Virus record (IMG/VR): IMGVR_UViG_3300010220_000080
Location: 1 to 29,800 of that record
Origin: a virus
Lineage: Duplodnaviria; Caudoviricetes
Length of the DNA stretch: 29,800 bases
Direction: 5' to 3' (one strand)
Shown in pieces: positions 1 to 9,563 of the stretch. The notes below the pieces were generated by a model. The model worked only from the letters and a program-made list of their open reading frames with translations, was not told the DNA's origin and did not search any database. Position numbers and translations under genes: made by a program. The stretch's first letter is position 1. The number at the start of each line of letters is the position of its first letter.

Positions 1-4
1 AAAA

Positions 5-613
5 TCAGGCGATCTTGAAGTCAAGCGGCAGGCCACTTGGGGAATGTCGGTTAAGGCGCTCGTTCAGCTGGTTAAGTTCGATCTGCGTGCCGCTGAGTCC
101 GTAATCCTGGATCAGAACGAATTTGGGCGCATGCGCCTTTGCCCACGCATCGACCTTTGCTGCGTCGAAGTGCTCGGATAGTTCACCCTCAACGGAGAAA
201 GTCGGACCGGCGGTGTAAGACCGCGAGGCGAAAACGGTTAGCTCTGATGGCAATTCTACCGAAGCGTCTTCTTCGGCCGACACTTCGGCCGCTTGCCCGC
301 CTTCAAGCTCCGGCTCCGGTTCGAAGTGGCCGGCATGACTATATAGGGACTCGATCTCTTTAGGCGCTAAAGCGAATTCCACCTGGCACACAAGGACGGA
401 CGGATCCTTGTTTCCCCAGTCATCGACAGGCCAATCCTCATCGATGTTGTAGGCTTCATCAGAGGCGAACGGATTGATACGATAGAGCGCTTCAAACAGA
501 TTGCTCTTTCCCGCTTCGTTCTGCCCCACAAAGGCAGTGATGCTGTTTACATCGACCCATCCCGAGTCAATGATGTTTCGATAGTTGGTAATCCGAAAAC
601 GGGTAAGCTGCAT
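5..613 (-). pseudogene. N-terminal part of an OLD/AAA_15-type ABC ATPase (ATP-dependent nuclease), apparently truncated
   Basis: Typical start MQLTRFRITNYRNI and Walker A GQNEAGKS. ORF stops at 202 aa with no ABC signature, Walker B or TOPRIM domain. Confidence 0.6.
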
Positions 614-776
614 GAAGTATCGTTTGCCAAGTTCGCGATGATCGGTGTGAGGCTCTTCACGTAGCCTATCCTCTCATGTCGCTCCTGCAAAGGGCAGCGT
701 TTCTCAAGGACACATACTCCTCGGCAGAGGGCAACCCGGTCGAGCTCTCCACCACCGGCGTGCTTAGTTCTTCATC

Positions 777-986
777 TCAGAGCCCTTTCGAAGATCGGAT
801 GCGGACCACGGCGATGCGCGCCGTGGTCCCGGTGATCTGGCGGTTGAGGTCGCCCAGCGCCGCTGCCATTTCCGCGTCGCTGGCATAGGTCACCCGCTTG
901 CCGTCGTATTCGACGGTGCGGACGCCCCGGTAGCGTGCGGCCATCAGGGCGTCCCGCCAGGCGGTGAGCTGGGCGAGGTCGGCCAT
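777..986 (-). CDS. Phage head-tail joining protein, lambda gpW-like (69 aa)
   Basis: MADLAQLTAWRDALMAARYRGVRTVEYDGKRVTYASDAEM matches the gpW-like pattern. ATG at 986 overlaps the capsid stop (TGATG coupling). Confidence 0.85.
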   Translation of the reverse strand: MADLAQLTAWRDALMAARYRGVRTVEYDGKRVTYASDAEMAAALGDLNRQITGTTARIAVVRIRSSKGL

Positions 987-2785
987 CACGCGCCTGCGTT
1001 CATGAACCAGCCGCGGTGGTCGATGAAGCCCGCGCCGAAGTCCAAGATCACCCGGATCTCGACGCCGTCCACGTCCCAGCCCGAGCGGCTCTCGACCTGC
1101 GGGCCCTCCGCGCCCGAGAGATAGGCGAACTCCAGCCCGTCGATCTCGCCGGGATCGGCGGTGACGTACCAGCGCGTGGCCGAGGACAGGCGCGGCTCGA
1201 CCACGAGGGAGAGCGACCCGGAGAACGGGTTCACGTCGGCGGCCGTCGACGGTGCGATGCTCGCCAGCCACTTCTCGGCGGTGGTCTCGAGCGCGGGCGG
1301 AACCAGCAGGTTGCGAGGCGTCACGCGGATCGTGCGGTCCTCGATCCCCTTCTGCGTCCTGAGCGCCAGCCGGGCGGCCGAGAGGGTCGCGTCGGAGATC
1401 GCCGCCCCGGTGCCCGCCTTGTTGCCGTGATCGGCGTGGAACAGCGTCTTGCCGTCCGACATCGTCGGGCCGTTGCCGCTGCCCGCCTCGAGGAGGGTGA
1501 CGAGGATGCGCGCTTCGGTCTCGGCGGCCCCCTGGCCCATGCGGCGGGCAAGGTCCGCGAAGGCGCCAAGGTCGTCGTTCACCAACACCTGCCGGGTGAT
1601 GCCGATCTTCCTGGCCCAGGTCTCGATCTTGTAGGCCTCGCGGGCCTCGGCCATCGTCCCCGACTTGATCTCGCCGTGCTCGTTCAGCTTCTCCAAGAGC
1701 GGCGCCTCACCTAGCATGATCTTGTTCACCGCCCGGAAATCCCGCGCCGAGGTCTGGCGGCCGAGGCGACGGATGCCCGAGGGTGCGGCTTGGTAGGCAT
1801 CGCGCAGGACGCGGCCCACGGTGTTGCCGAGGATGATCGGGAAATCCGAGGTGGTGTGCAGGGCGCGGGTCACTAGGCTCGCGGGCGATAGGGCCATGGT
1901 GGATTCGCCGCGCAGGGTCAGCAGTTCCTTGGCCATGTCCACCGGCGTGGCATAGGCGTAGCGGCGGGCGGGTTCGGACAGTTCGTGTCGCGGATTGATG
2001 CGGGCGTAGAGGGCCTCGCCCATCTGACGGGCGCGGAGGGCCGGATCATCCTGGCTCTCGCCCATCTCCACGCGGACCTGTTCGGTGCGGATCGTCGGCG
2101 CGCTGCGGGCCGCCAGCGCCTCGAAGGCAGCACGACGGGCGGTGTCGGCATCGGCGGCGGCGTCGATCTGGCCGTCGATCCAAGCCTGGTCCAGCCCGGC
2201 GATGCGGGCGATGGAGCGGATCTCGGTGTTGATCGCGGCGCGGGTCTGGGTCTCGGGCGGGGCAGGGGTGATGGTGTCGGGCATATTGGTCTCCATGCGG
2301 ATGTGGGCACCCGGGTCAGCCGGGGTCGGTACAAGCGAAATCTCGTGGGGCGTCCAGCGGACGGCAGTCAGCACGCGGGCACCGCTCTCGGTGGTCTCGG
2401 CCCACTCCTCGACCGAATATCCAACCGAGACATGGCGCAGGATCCCCGACAGCACGTCCTGCCAGAGGGGTTCCACCTCTGGGCGGGCCGAGAACCGGAT
2501 CAGCGCCGTGCCGCGTTGGCCATCGACATTGGCGGATTGCACGCTGCCCAGAACATCGCGGACAGCGGACTGGCGGTGGGCATCCAGCACGCTGGCGCCC
2601 TGCAGGCGCGACAGGTCCACCGCCTCCGGCACCAAGCTGAGGCGTTCGATGTACTGCCCAGCCATGTCGCGGCGGCGCACGGGCGCGCCGGTGGACCAGA
2701 TCACCTCGACGGTGCGGTTGTCGCGGTCGGCGCTGGCCGGGGCCAGATCGGCGCGGCGGGTCAGCAGGGTGACGGTGTCAGTCAT
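986..2785 (-). CDS. Prohead protease / major capsid protein fusion (599 aa)
   Basis: N-terminal prohead protease motifs (VLDAH, VSVGY, EISLVPTPADPGA). C-terminal capsid region (HTTSDFPIIL, ITRQVLVNDDLGAF, EFAYLSGAEGP, DFGAGFIDHRG). Start set at MTDTV, overlapping the portal stop. Confidence 0.9.
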   Translation of the reverse strand: MTDTVTLLTRRADLAPASADRDNRTVEVIWSTGAPVRRRDMAGQYIERLSLVPEAVDLSRLQGASVLDAHRQSAVRDVLGSVQSANVDGQRGTALIRFSARPEVEPLWQDVLSGILRHVSVGYSVEEWAETTESGARVLTAVRWTPHEISLVPTPADPGAHIRMETNMPDTITPAPPETQTRAAINTEIRSIARIAGLDQAWIDGQIDAAADADTARRAAFEALAARSAPTIRTEQVRVEMGESQDDPALRARQMGEALYARINPRHELSEPARRYAYATPVDMAKELLTLRGESTMALSPASLVTRALHTTSDFPIILGNTVGRVLRDAYQAAPSGIRRLGRQTSARDFRAVNKIMLGEAPLLEKLNEHGEIKSGTMAEAREAYKIETWARKIGITRQVLVNDDLGAFADLARRMGQGAAETEARILVTLLEAGSGNGPTMSDGKTLFHADHGNKAGTGAAISDATLSAARLALRTQKGIEDRTIRVTPRNLLVPPALETTAEKWLASIAPSTAADVNPFSGSLSLVVEPRLSSATRWYVTADPGEIDGLEFAYLSGAEGPQVESRSGWDVDGVEIRVILDFGAGFIDHRGWFMNAGA

Positions 2786-4187
2786 CAGTAGTGTCCTCCT
2801 GTGTCGGGGGCGGCGCACCGAAATTCAGGCCCAGCGCATCCGACCGCGCTTTGTCGGCGGCGATCTCGGCATCAACCTGTTCGGCGTCATAGCCCCGTTC
2901 CGAAATCGCCTGCGTCCTGCTCTTGAGCCCGGCATTAATGGCGAGGATCTCGGCTTCGACGTCCTTCTTGGGATCGACGTAGTCGAACTTCGGCGGCAGC
3001 CATTCGCACCCGAGGTAGGCGTCCGGGTTCCGGTCGAAGTCCCGCGCGGGCAGATCGCCTGTCAGCACCGCGAGGCGCACGAAGCGCTCCCAGACCGGGC
3101 GGCAGAACAGGTGCACCACCACGTTGTGCTGCAGCTGCTCGACCCGGCGGCGGAACTCGATGAGCCCGGCGCGTATCGAGGAATAGGTCACACCTTCCAG
3201 GTCGCCGGAGACCAGCTCGTAGGGCAGGCCGAGCCCGGCCGCGACGGCGCGCAAATGGTTCTTCACGAAGGGCGCATAGGCGTCGTGCTCGGTCGGATTG
3301 GAAAAGCGGATGTCGGTACCAGGCGGCAGGGGGATAAGACTGCCGGGCTCCATGCCCACGGTCAGCGCGCCGCCGGTGTTGGTGCCCGACAGCCCGCCCG
3401 CCGTGCCGTCGGGATCGGTGATGAAGCCGGTGAACAGCGCCGCGACCTTGGCCTTCACCAGCGCGGCGTCCTCGAACTGGTCGAGCTCATGCAGCCGCAG
3501 CAGCACCGGCGCGAGCCAGGTGATTCCGCGCAGCTGGCCCGCCGCCAGCGGCTTGAACAGGTGCACGCAATCGGCGGCGGGGACGCGGAGCGGGTCCATG
3601 TGGAGAGACCCCAGCGGATCGCCAGGACGGGAGGAAAAGACCCGGTAGGCAACCCGGCGACCGGCGGCATCGAACTCGATGCCCGCCCGGATCCGCGCCC
3701 CGCCGCCGATCTCGCGGTGCAGGTCCATGGGAACCTGCTCGCGATCCAGAAGCTCGAGGTGGAGAGGAAGGGTGGCGGCGTCGCTCGCCACACGCAGCCG
3801 GGCGAAGCTCTCGCCGCTCTCGACCATCGCGCGCACGGCCATGGCCTGCAGCCCGTAGAAATCGGCCAGCCCGTCCGGGGCGGCATGATCGGTCCAGCGC
3901 AGCCAGAGCGCCTGGAGCCGTTCGCGCACCGCACGGTCTGGATGGGTGGATTGCGGCTTGATCCCGGCGCCGACGACATTGCCGACCAGGCTGTCGACCG
4001 CCGCCGCGACCCACGGGTTGTTCCGTGCATACCAGCCGGCCCGCCGCGCCGCCGTGGTCGCGCCCGCCAGGATCGCCGCGTTCAGCCCATCGACCGTCCG
4101 CGCCCCCTCCCAACGCCGCCCACCACCCGCAGCGTCGAAGCCGCGAGCGCGCGCGAGGCCGAGAAGGCGATGGAGAAAGGTCCGCAT
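2778..4187 (-). CDS. Phage portal protein, lambda gpB family
   Basis: RNNPWVAAAV, GIEFDAAGRRVAY, GQLRGITWLAP, LSVGDLEGVTYSSIRAG-type motif (VSGDLEGVTYSSIRAG), YVDPKKDVEA. Confidence 0.93.
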   Translation of the reverse strand: MRTFLHRLLGLARARGFDAAGGGRRWEGARTVDGLNAAILAGATTAARRAGWYARNNPWVAAAVDSLVGNVVGAGIKPQSTHPDRAVRERLQALWLRWTDHAAPDGLADFYGLQAMAVRAMVESGESFARLRVASDAATLPLHLELLDREQVPMDLHREIGGGARIRAGIEFDAAGRRVAYRVFSSRPGDPLGSLHMDPLRVPAADCVHLFKPLAAGQLRGITWLAPVLLRLHELDQFEDAALVKAKVAALFTGFITDPDGTAGGLSGTNTGGALTVGMEPGSLIPLPPGTDIRFSNPTEHDAYAPFVKNHLRAVAAGLGLPYELVSGDLEGVTYSSIRAGLIEFRRRVEQLQHNVVVHLFCRPVWERFVRLAVLTGDLPARDFDRNPDAYLGCEWLPPKFDYVDPKKDVEAEILAINAGLKSRTQAISERGYDAEQVDAEIAADKARSDALGLNFGAPPPTQEDTTDD

Positions 4188-4327
4188 GGGCAGGAGAATC
4201 GCCCGGAACGGACCCTCAAGCTATTGGGAATGATTTGCAATGTCGGTGTGCGGTCGGAAACGAGGCCACTAGTCGATCATCGACCCAACTGCTAGGCTTC
4301 TCAAAAAATTGAGATTGTCGAGGCGGA

Positions 4328-5362
4328 ATGGGCAGGGACTACGCAGAAGCGATCGCGGCAAGCGGCCTTACGATCTACGATCCGATTGAGATTGGTGACC
4401 CAGAGCTATGGGTCCCAACACCTGAACTCGAAGCTATGCTCGACGAGAGACTGCGCGGCATCAGCCTTGCTGGTCTGGCGCTTCGGACACGATCCAAAGT
4501 GGTCAAGGAAAGCGTGTGCCGCGCACTGGGCTACCCCGTGCCCCCGAGCTTCAAGAAAACACAGCCCCGCTTCCTCGGCCAAATGTTCGATACCTACGCC
4601 CAGAAGTCGAACAACCTACAGGTCTGGAACGAGGAGCTTTCCCCATCGCGGCGCTACGTGATCCTGCGGGTCGATGAGGCTGACCGGATTGCGCGGGTTA
4701 AGGTCGTGAACGGCGAAGAACTCGCACAGCTTGATACCACCGGCACCTTGACGCAGAAATATCAGGCACGGCTTGTTCCGGGATCAGCATATGAGGAACT
4801 GGTTTCTCCGACCGACACCGATGCCCTTCTACCCCACACCCGGGCCGGTGCGAACCTGGCCCAGACTGTCAGCCCGATAGACCACCCGGCGCACGGACTG
4901 CTCCTGCCCATTGGCGAGGTTTTCGAGCGGCTGCGCGGAGCAGTTGGCAGGTCCTTCCCTGATGCTGGCTGGGATCAGGAGCGCAACAGGGGTGCAGCGC
5001 TGCACCGCATCGTGTGCGAACTTCTGGGCTATGCCGACTACCGCGACGATGGGCGTTTCCCCGATGTTCGGAACCAGCTGCTGGAGGTCAAGCTGCAGAC
5101 CTCGCCAACCATCGACCTGGGGTTGGTGAGACCGGCCAGCGAGGAGCCGCTGGACGTACCGCAGGTCGCCGGAACGCAGGTCCGCCACTGCGACGTTCGC
5201 TATGCCCTGTTTTATGCCCAGACGGATGGGGCTGAAGTGACGCTGACCCACCTGTACCTGACGACAGGTGCGAGCTTCTTCTCGCGCTTCCCGCAATTTG
5301 GCGGCAAGGTCCTCAACAAGAAGCTCCAAATTCCGCTGCCGTCAGACTTCTTCGACAGGTAG
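4328..5362 (+). CDS. Type II restriction endonuclease (PD-(D/E)XK), partner of the adjacent N6-adenine MTase
   Basis: FPDVRNQLLEVKLQ gives a PD..EVK catalytic motif. Convergent with the MTase, overlapping it by 21 nt. Confidence 0.75.
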   Translation: MGRDYAEAIAASGLTIYDPIEIGDPELWVPTPELEAMLDERLRGISLAGLALRTRSKVVKESVCRALGYPVPPSFKKTQPRFLGQMFDTYAQKSNNLQVWNEELSPSRRYVILRVDEADRIARVKVVNGEELAQLDTTGTLTQKYQARLVPGSAYEELVSPTDTDALLPHTRAGANLAQTVSPIDHPAHGLLLPIGEVFERLRGAVGRSFPDAGWDQERNRGAALHRIVCELLGYADYRDDGRFPDVRNQLLEVKLQTSPTIDLGLVRPASEEPLDVPQVAGTQVRHCDVRYALFYAQTDGAEVTLTHLYLTTGASFFSRFPQFGGKVLNKKLQIPLPSDFFDR

Positions 5363-7036
5363 GCCGAACGCGGCCCATACCATCCGGTCAATCCGCCGCT
5401 CAAGGGCTGGGTCTGGGCCATCGGCCAGCCGGGCGTATAGGTCACGGCAGGCGGCCACAATCTCAAGTGCGCCGCTGCTGTCGGGGTCAGGGAGTGGGAA
5501 TTGCTCGACATACTGCGTGATGAACCGCCGCCGCCCCGCATAGAGCTTGTTGTTGAAACGGAGGTCGTAGAAGCGCTCGATGAAGGTGGAGTTGGCCACG
5601 CCCACCGCGAGCCACAACAGGTCCTCTTCCCCAGTCAGCCAATAGCAGTCGCCGTTTACAACCGTCCCCTCAAGGTCCATCCAGAAGGTGGGCTGCTCGG
5701 AAATGTCCCGGAACACCAGCTTCGGCCCGGGCCAGTCCGCCGGGTTCTGCGGCACCCAGATTTCATACCACTGCCGCCCGGCCTCAATCACATAGCTGCG
5801 GTCCTCAAGGGTCTTCCGGTGCTGTTCAAGGTAGGCGAAGCTTGCCGGGTACTGCGACAGGTCCACGGCCTGCTTTTTTCCGTCAACCGCGTGGTGCGGA
5901 TACAGGACCAGCCGGTTGTGTGGCTCGGGCCGGAAGCGCCGCGCGGTGTGGTGCGTCGTCAGGGGTCGGTGCAGCTCTAGCTCTCGGTCCCAGCTCTTGG
6001 GCAGAAACACCTTGTCGGCGCATGTCTTGATCCCGACCCTAATCTTTCCAATGTCGCGGAAGGTGCCCCAAGCGTGCTTTTCCACGGTTGCAAGCCAGCT
6101 TTCCACGCCTGCCGATGCCAGCCGCCACACCCCGGCAGGGTTCCCGCCCGTGTCCAGCGTCCCGTGTTGAACAAGGAAGGTCCGGCCATCGGGAACAGCC
6201 ACCGTGCCATGTTTTCCGAGGGCTTCTATTGGGTCAGCGGCTGTGTGCGCGGGCTCGTCCTTTGTCTGATAGATTGTCAGGAAGGACGGTGTCGCTGGCT
6301 CCGCCCCTGCGCCCCGTGCGATCAGCACGGCAGGCAGCACGGCAGCATCGAACAGCTTTGTGTCGCCCAAGTCATAGACTTCGCGCAGCCGGAGGCCGGT
6401 CATCATCCCGGCGCGGGCGGATGCGCCGCCCTTGGTCGTCATGAAGCGGTTTGAGACGATGAAGCCAGCCGCGCCGTCCGGTGCCAAGACTGTTGCCATG
6501 CCGAGCAGAAAGGCGTGGTACAGGTCCACGCGCCCGGTCAGCCCGAATTGCTGGGCGAGTTGGCGGGCACGGTCAGCCCCTATGATCTGTGTGCGCACAT
6601 AGGGCGGGTTGGCAATGATGAGGTCATAGGTTTCTTCCGTGCCGAAAAGACCGCCCGCGAAGTCGTCAAGGACATGGTCTAGGAAGCTCCCGAGGCGGAG
6701 GTTGAGAACGGCCCGCGGGTGCTCGCGCGACAGGCGCTCGCGCGCTTCTGCTAGCGCCAAGGGGTCGGTCTCGAAGCCAAAGACTTCGACTGGCCCATCA
6801 ATCCGGTCCAAAAGGGCGAGGAGCAATTCGCCGTGGCCAACCGCAGGGTCCAGGACCCGGGCAGCCCGTCCCGATGGCAGGTTGGCAGTTGCCGCAATGC
6901 GGCCAGCGACGAAATCGGCAAGAGCCCGAGGGGTGTAGGTCACGCCGTCAGATTTGGCCTCGTCAACGTCGCCATAGCGTTTCGTGAACCTCATCGCCTC
7001 TGTCACTGGCTCGCCTCGTTCTTTTATTGTTCTCAT
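5342..7036 (-). CDS. Type II N6-adenine DNA methyltransferase, gamma class, resembling M.BseCI/M.BanIII (ATCGAT group)
   Basis: GVTYTP, VLDPAVGHG (motif I), IIANPPYVRTQ (motif IV), GRVDLY, SNRFMTTKGG, DLGDTKLFDAAVLP. These match the M.BseCI sequence as I recall it. Start codon uncertain (7036 or slightly downstream). Confidence 0.88.
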   Translation of the reverse strand: MRTIKERGEPVTEAMRFTKRYGDVDEAKSDGVTYTPRALADFVAGRIAATANLPSGRAARVLDPAVGHGELLLALLDRIDGPVEVFGFETDPLALAEARERLSREHPRAVLNLRLGSFLDHVLDDFAGGLFGTEETYDLIIANPPYVRTQIIGADRARQLAQQFGLTGRVDLYHAFLLGMATVLAPDGAAGFIVSNRFMTTKGGASARAGMMTGLRLREVYDLGDTKLFDAAVLPAVLIARGAGAEPATPSFLTIYQTKDEPAHTAADPIEALGKHGTVAVPDGRTFLVQHGTLDTGGNPAGVWRLASAGVESWLATVEKHAWGTFRDIGKIRVGIKTCADKVFLPKSWDRELELHRPLTTHHTARRFRPEPHNRLVLYPHHAVDGKKQAVDLSQYPASFAYLEQHRKTLEDRSYVIEAGRQWYEIWVPQNPADWPGPKLVFRDISEQPTFWMDLEGTVVNGDCYWLTGEEDLLWLAVGVANSTFIERFYDLRFNNKLYAGRRRFITQYVEQFPLPDPDSSGALEIVAACRDLYARLADGPDPALERRIDRMVWAAFGLPVEEV

Positions 7037-7201
7037 TCACGCTACATCGAAGCGCTTTCAAGGTCCACATCGGTCAGCGCCTATGCTGCCCAATACTTCC
7101 ATATTCGTTTTGCATCTGCCTGCCATCATTCCATTGAACTCGATGAGCATGTTTCGTGCGTGCAAGAGTTTTCAACGATGTCCGCCGTCCGCGCAACGCC
7201 A

Positions 7202-8983
7202 TCACATCCAAGGGGAGCGGATTGCTGCACGCACTGACTGCACCGGCGCCGACCCCACTCCTGCCACCTCATCGTTCAGCCTGAGCCCCATGCTGATGAG
7301 CCCGTGCAGGGCGGCGTGGGCGTAGACGAAGGTGTCGAGGGCTTCGTTGCGTTCGCCGTCGCGCTTGGGCTGCCAGGAGCGGATGGGGCGTCCGCGCTCG
7401 AAGCGGGTGACGACGCGCTCGGCGGTCAGCTGGCGGAAGTAGTCGGCGTCGAGGCGGCGGGGGAAGTGGATGGCGCCGGGGCCGGGTTCGGTCAGTTTCA
7501 GGCGGGCGTAGACGGCGTCCTTCACAGCATCGACGCCGACGATGAACAGCGGGATCTTGCCCTTGTTCGTGCGCGTCGGGCGTCGCGGCCAGACCGGGAT
7601 GCCGGGCCCGCCGCGGCCCTTTATCGCCCAGACCCGGCGGGCGAGGCGGGTGCGGCAGAACTCGTAGGCCATCTTGGTATGGTGGCCGCCGGTATCGACG
7701 GCGACAGCGCGCACGGGCAGATCGCCATAGGTGCCGTTCAGCACGCCATCGAGATCGGACCAGAGGCGCGGGCCAGACGGATCGCCCCAGAGCACGCGGT
7801 AGTCGATGACCCACGCCTCCTCGTCGCGGCCCCAGCCGACGATTTGCACCTCGATCCGGTCGCCCTGAACGTCGACGCCCGCCGTCAGCACGGCCACGCC
7901 GGGGGCGAGATCGCTGCCCCAGTCCTCGCGCCTGGCCATAAGGGGATCGGCGGGAACGGTGTCACCCGCCTGGTCCTCCCAGGACTCGCCCAGCTTGGTG
8001 TTGACCCAGACCTGCAGCCGGGCAGGATCCTTGGCGACGCGGGCATGTTCCTGCGCGATCTCGGCCCATGTTTCCCAGGGGGAACAGAGCGACGACAGGT
8101 GGAACCCTGCGGTACGACCGTCGCCCAGCGCGGTGGGTCGCCATTCGCCAGCCGCCAGCAGGCGGGGCTTGTCGTGCTCATGATGCACGCCGCCGCAGGC
8201 ATCGCAGATGAGATAGGCAGCGTCGCGCTGCCCCTCGGGCCAGCGGATGCGCGCCCAGGTGATCGGCGCCATGTCGCCGCAATGCAGGCAGGGAACGTGG
8301 AAATATCGCTGGTCGCTGTCGAGGAAGGCTGCCTCGATGCGGGAATGGCCTTTCAGGGTGGGTGTGGAGACCATGTAGATCTTGCGCCGCCCCCGGAAGG
8401 TAGTGGTGCGCTGGATGGCCAGATCGACGGGATCGCCCTCGCCATCGGCATCGCCGGGATAGCCGTCCACCTCGTCCAGGAACAGATACCGCACGGGCGT
8501 GGACCGCAGGCCGACGGCGCTGTTGGCCCCGGTCATCACCAGCTGGCCGCCGGGGAAGGATTTGCGGAACAGGCTGTTACCGGCGTCGCGGGACCGGGGC
8601 GCAGCGACCAGGTCTCGCAGGGCAGGGGTCGCCTCGATCAGCGGGTCGATCCGGACGGTCGTGTTGCGCCGCACCATGTCGAGAGAGGGCATGACCAGCA
8701 TGGCGATGCCGGGGGCGTTCTGGATGATGTAGCCGAGCCAGTTCAGCCCCGCCTCCGAGCCGCCGGTCTGCGCGCCCTTCATCAGCACGACCCGTTCGTA
8801 AGGGCTGGAGGTGGACAGGGCGTCCATTACCGCCCGGAGATAGGGCGTGCGGTCGGTGCGCCAGCGGCCCGGTTCCGCCGAAGTGGGCGGCAGGATGCGA
8901 TGCCGGTCGGCCCAGTCTGACACCGGGATCGGCGGTTCCGGCCGGATGCCGCGCCGCCATGCGAGGTCAATGTCAGGCACCAT
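7202..8983 (-). CDS. terL: Terminase large subunit, lambda GpA family (593 aa)
   Basis: MKGAQTGGSE Walker A-like, LFLDEVD Walker B, STPT, CxxC pairs, LTAGVDVQ nuclease motif, RNEALD. Start at MVPDID overlapping the terS stop. Confidence 0.93.
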   Translation of the reverse strand: MVPDIDLAWRRGIRPEPPIPVSDWADRHRILPPTSAEPGRWRTDRTPYLRAVMDALSTSSPYERVVLMKGAQTGGSEAGLNWLGYIIQNAPGIAMLVMPSLDMVRRNTTVRIDPLIEATPALRDLVAAPRSRDAGNSLFRKSFPGGQLVMTGANSAVGLRSTPVRYLFLDEVDGYPGDADGEGDPVDLAIQRTTTFRGRRKIYMVSTPTLKGHSRIEAAFLDSDQRYFHVPCLHCGDMAPITWARIRWPEGQRDAAYLICDACGGVHHEHDKPRLLAAGEWRPTALGDGRTAGFHLSSLCSPWETWAEIAQEHARVAKDPARLQVWVNTKLGESWEDQAGDTVPADPLMARREDWGSDLAPGVAVLTAGVDVQGDRIEVQIVGWGRDEEAWVIDYRVLWGDPSGPRLWSDLDGVLNGTYGDLPVRAVAVDTGGHHTKMAYEFCRTRLARRVWAIKGRGGPGIPVWPRRPTRTNKGKIPLFIVGVDAVKDAVYARLKLTEPGPGAIHFPRRLDADYFRQLTAERVVTRFERGRPIRSWQPKRDGERNEALDTFVYAHAALHGLISMGLRLNDEVAGVGSAPVQSVRAAIRSPWM

Positions 8984-9485
8984 CACTAAGGCTCCCCAAG
9001 GGCAGGTCAGCGAGGTGCTCAAGATGCTCGCGCATCATCCTGTCCAGCGCGGCGAAGGTGGCGCGCGGATCGGCCCCGACCTCGGCCGCCAGCAAGGGCG
9101 CGGTGCGCTGGACCCAAGCCATGTGGGCGTCCCGTTCGGCACGGGCGCGCGCGAACACGGTCCTGGTTGCGGCGGCGGTTTCCACCAGCAGGCCCTGTTC
9201 CTTTTCGAAGGCCAGCTTGGCACGCTGCACCTTCACGATCTCATGTAGCCGCTTGGCCTCGGCCAGCGTGGTCGAGACGCGGGCAGGGGCGGCGGTGGCT
9301 CCACCCTTGTTGCGGCGGGCGGGATCGAGGTTGTCCTCGATCCAGGCGAGCCCCACCGCCACGTCGATCTGCCCGTCCGGGCGCACAGGAAGGCCCTCGG
9401 CCACTAGTTGCGAGATGCGCCCCTTGGTCAGACCGACCCGAGTGGCGAAGGCGGTCTTGGTCTCGGCGCTGTCGAGTTTAGTCAT
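8973..9485 (-). CDS. terS: Terminase small subunit, Nu1-like (170 aa)
   Basis: N-terminal HTH (KTAFATRVGLTKGRISQL) followed by a coiled coil. Directly upstream of and overlapping terL. Confidence 0.75.
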   Translation of the reverse strand: MTKLDSAETKTAFATRVGLTKGRISQLVAEGLPVRPDGQIDVAVGLAWIEDNLDPARRNKGGATAAPARVSTTLAEAKRLHEIVKVQRAKLAFEKEQGLLVETAAATRTVFARARAERDAHMAWVQRTAPLLAAEVGADPRATFAALDRMMREHLEHLADLPLGSLSDGA

Positions 9486-9510
9486 TTGCGCCCCCTGACG
9501 CTGGCGGGAC

Positions 9511-9554
9511 AATGCGCTGCGCTCCCCCGCATACGATTTGGCCCGGGAGGAACC
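9511..9554 (-). other. Putative lambda-like cos packaging site (cosQ-like plus cosN-like)
   Basis: Minus strand reads GGTTCCT (lambda cosQ is GGGTCCT), then ATGCG-GGGGAGCGCAG-CGCAT, a 5-bp dyad around an 11-nt core, just upstream of terS. Confidence 0.6.
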
Positions 9555-9563
9555 GCCCGGTTT

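Noticed and set aside
1-65. Named IS terminal inverted repeat at the ATPase breakpoint
   Set aside because: I could not match it to an IS family with confidence, and no transposase is inside the window.
777-9485. Gene transfer agent head cluster
   Set aside because: Lambda-type portal and terminase, a cos-like site, and its own integrase and primase do not fit an RcGTA-like cluster.
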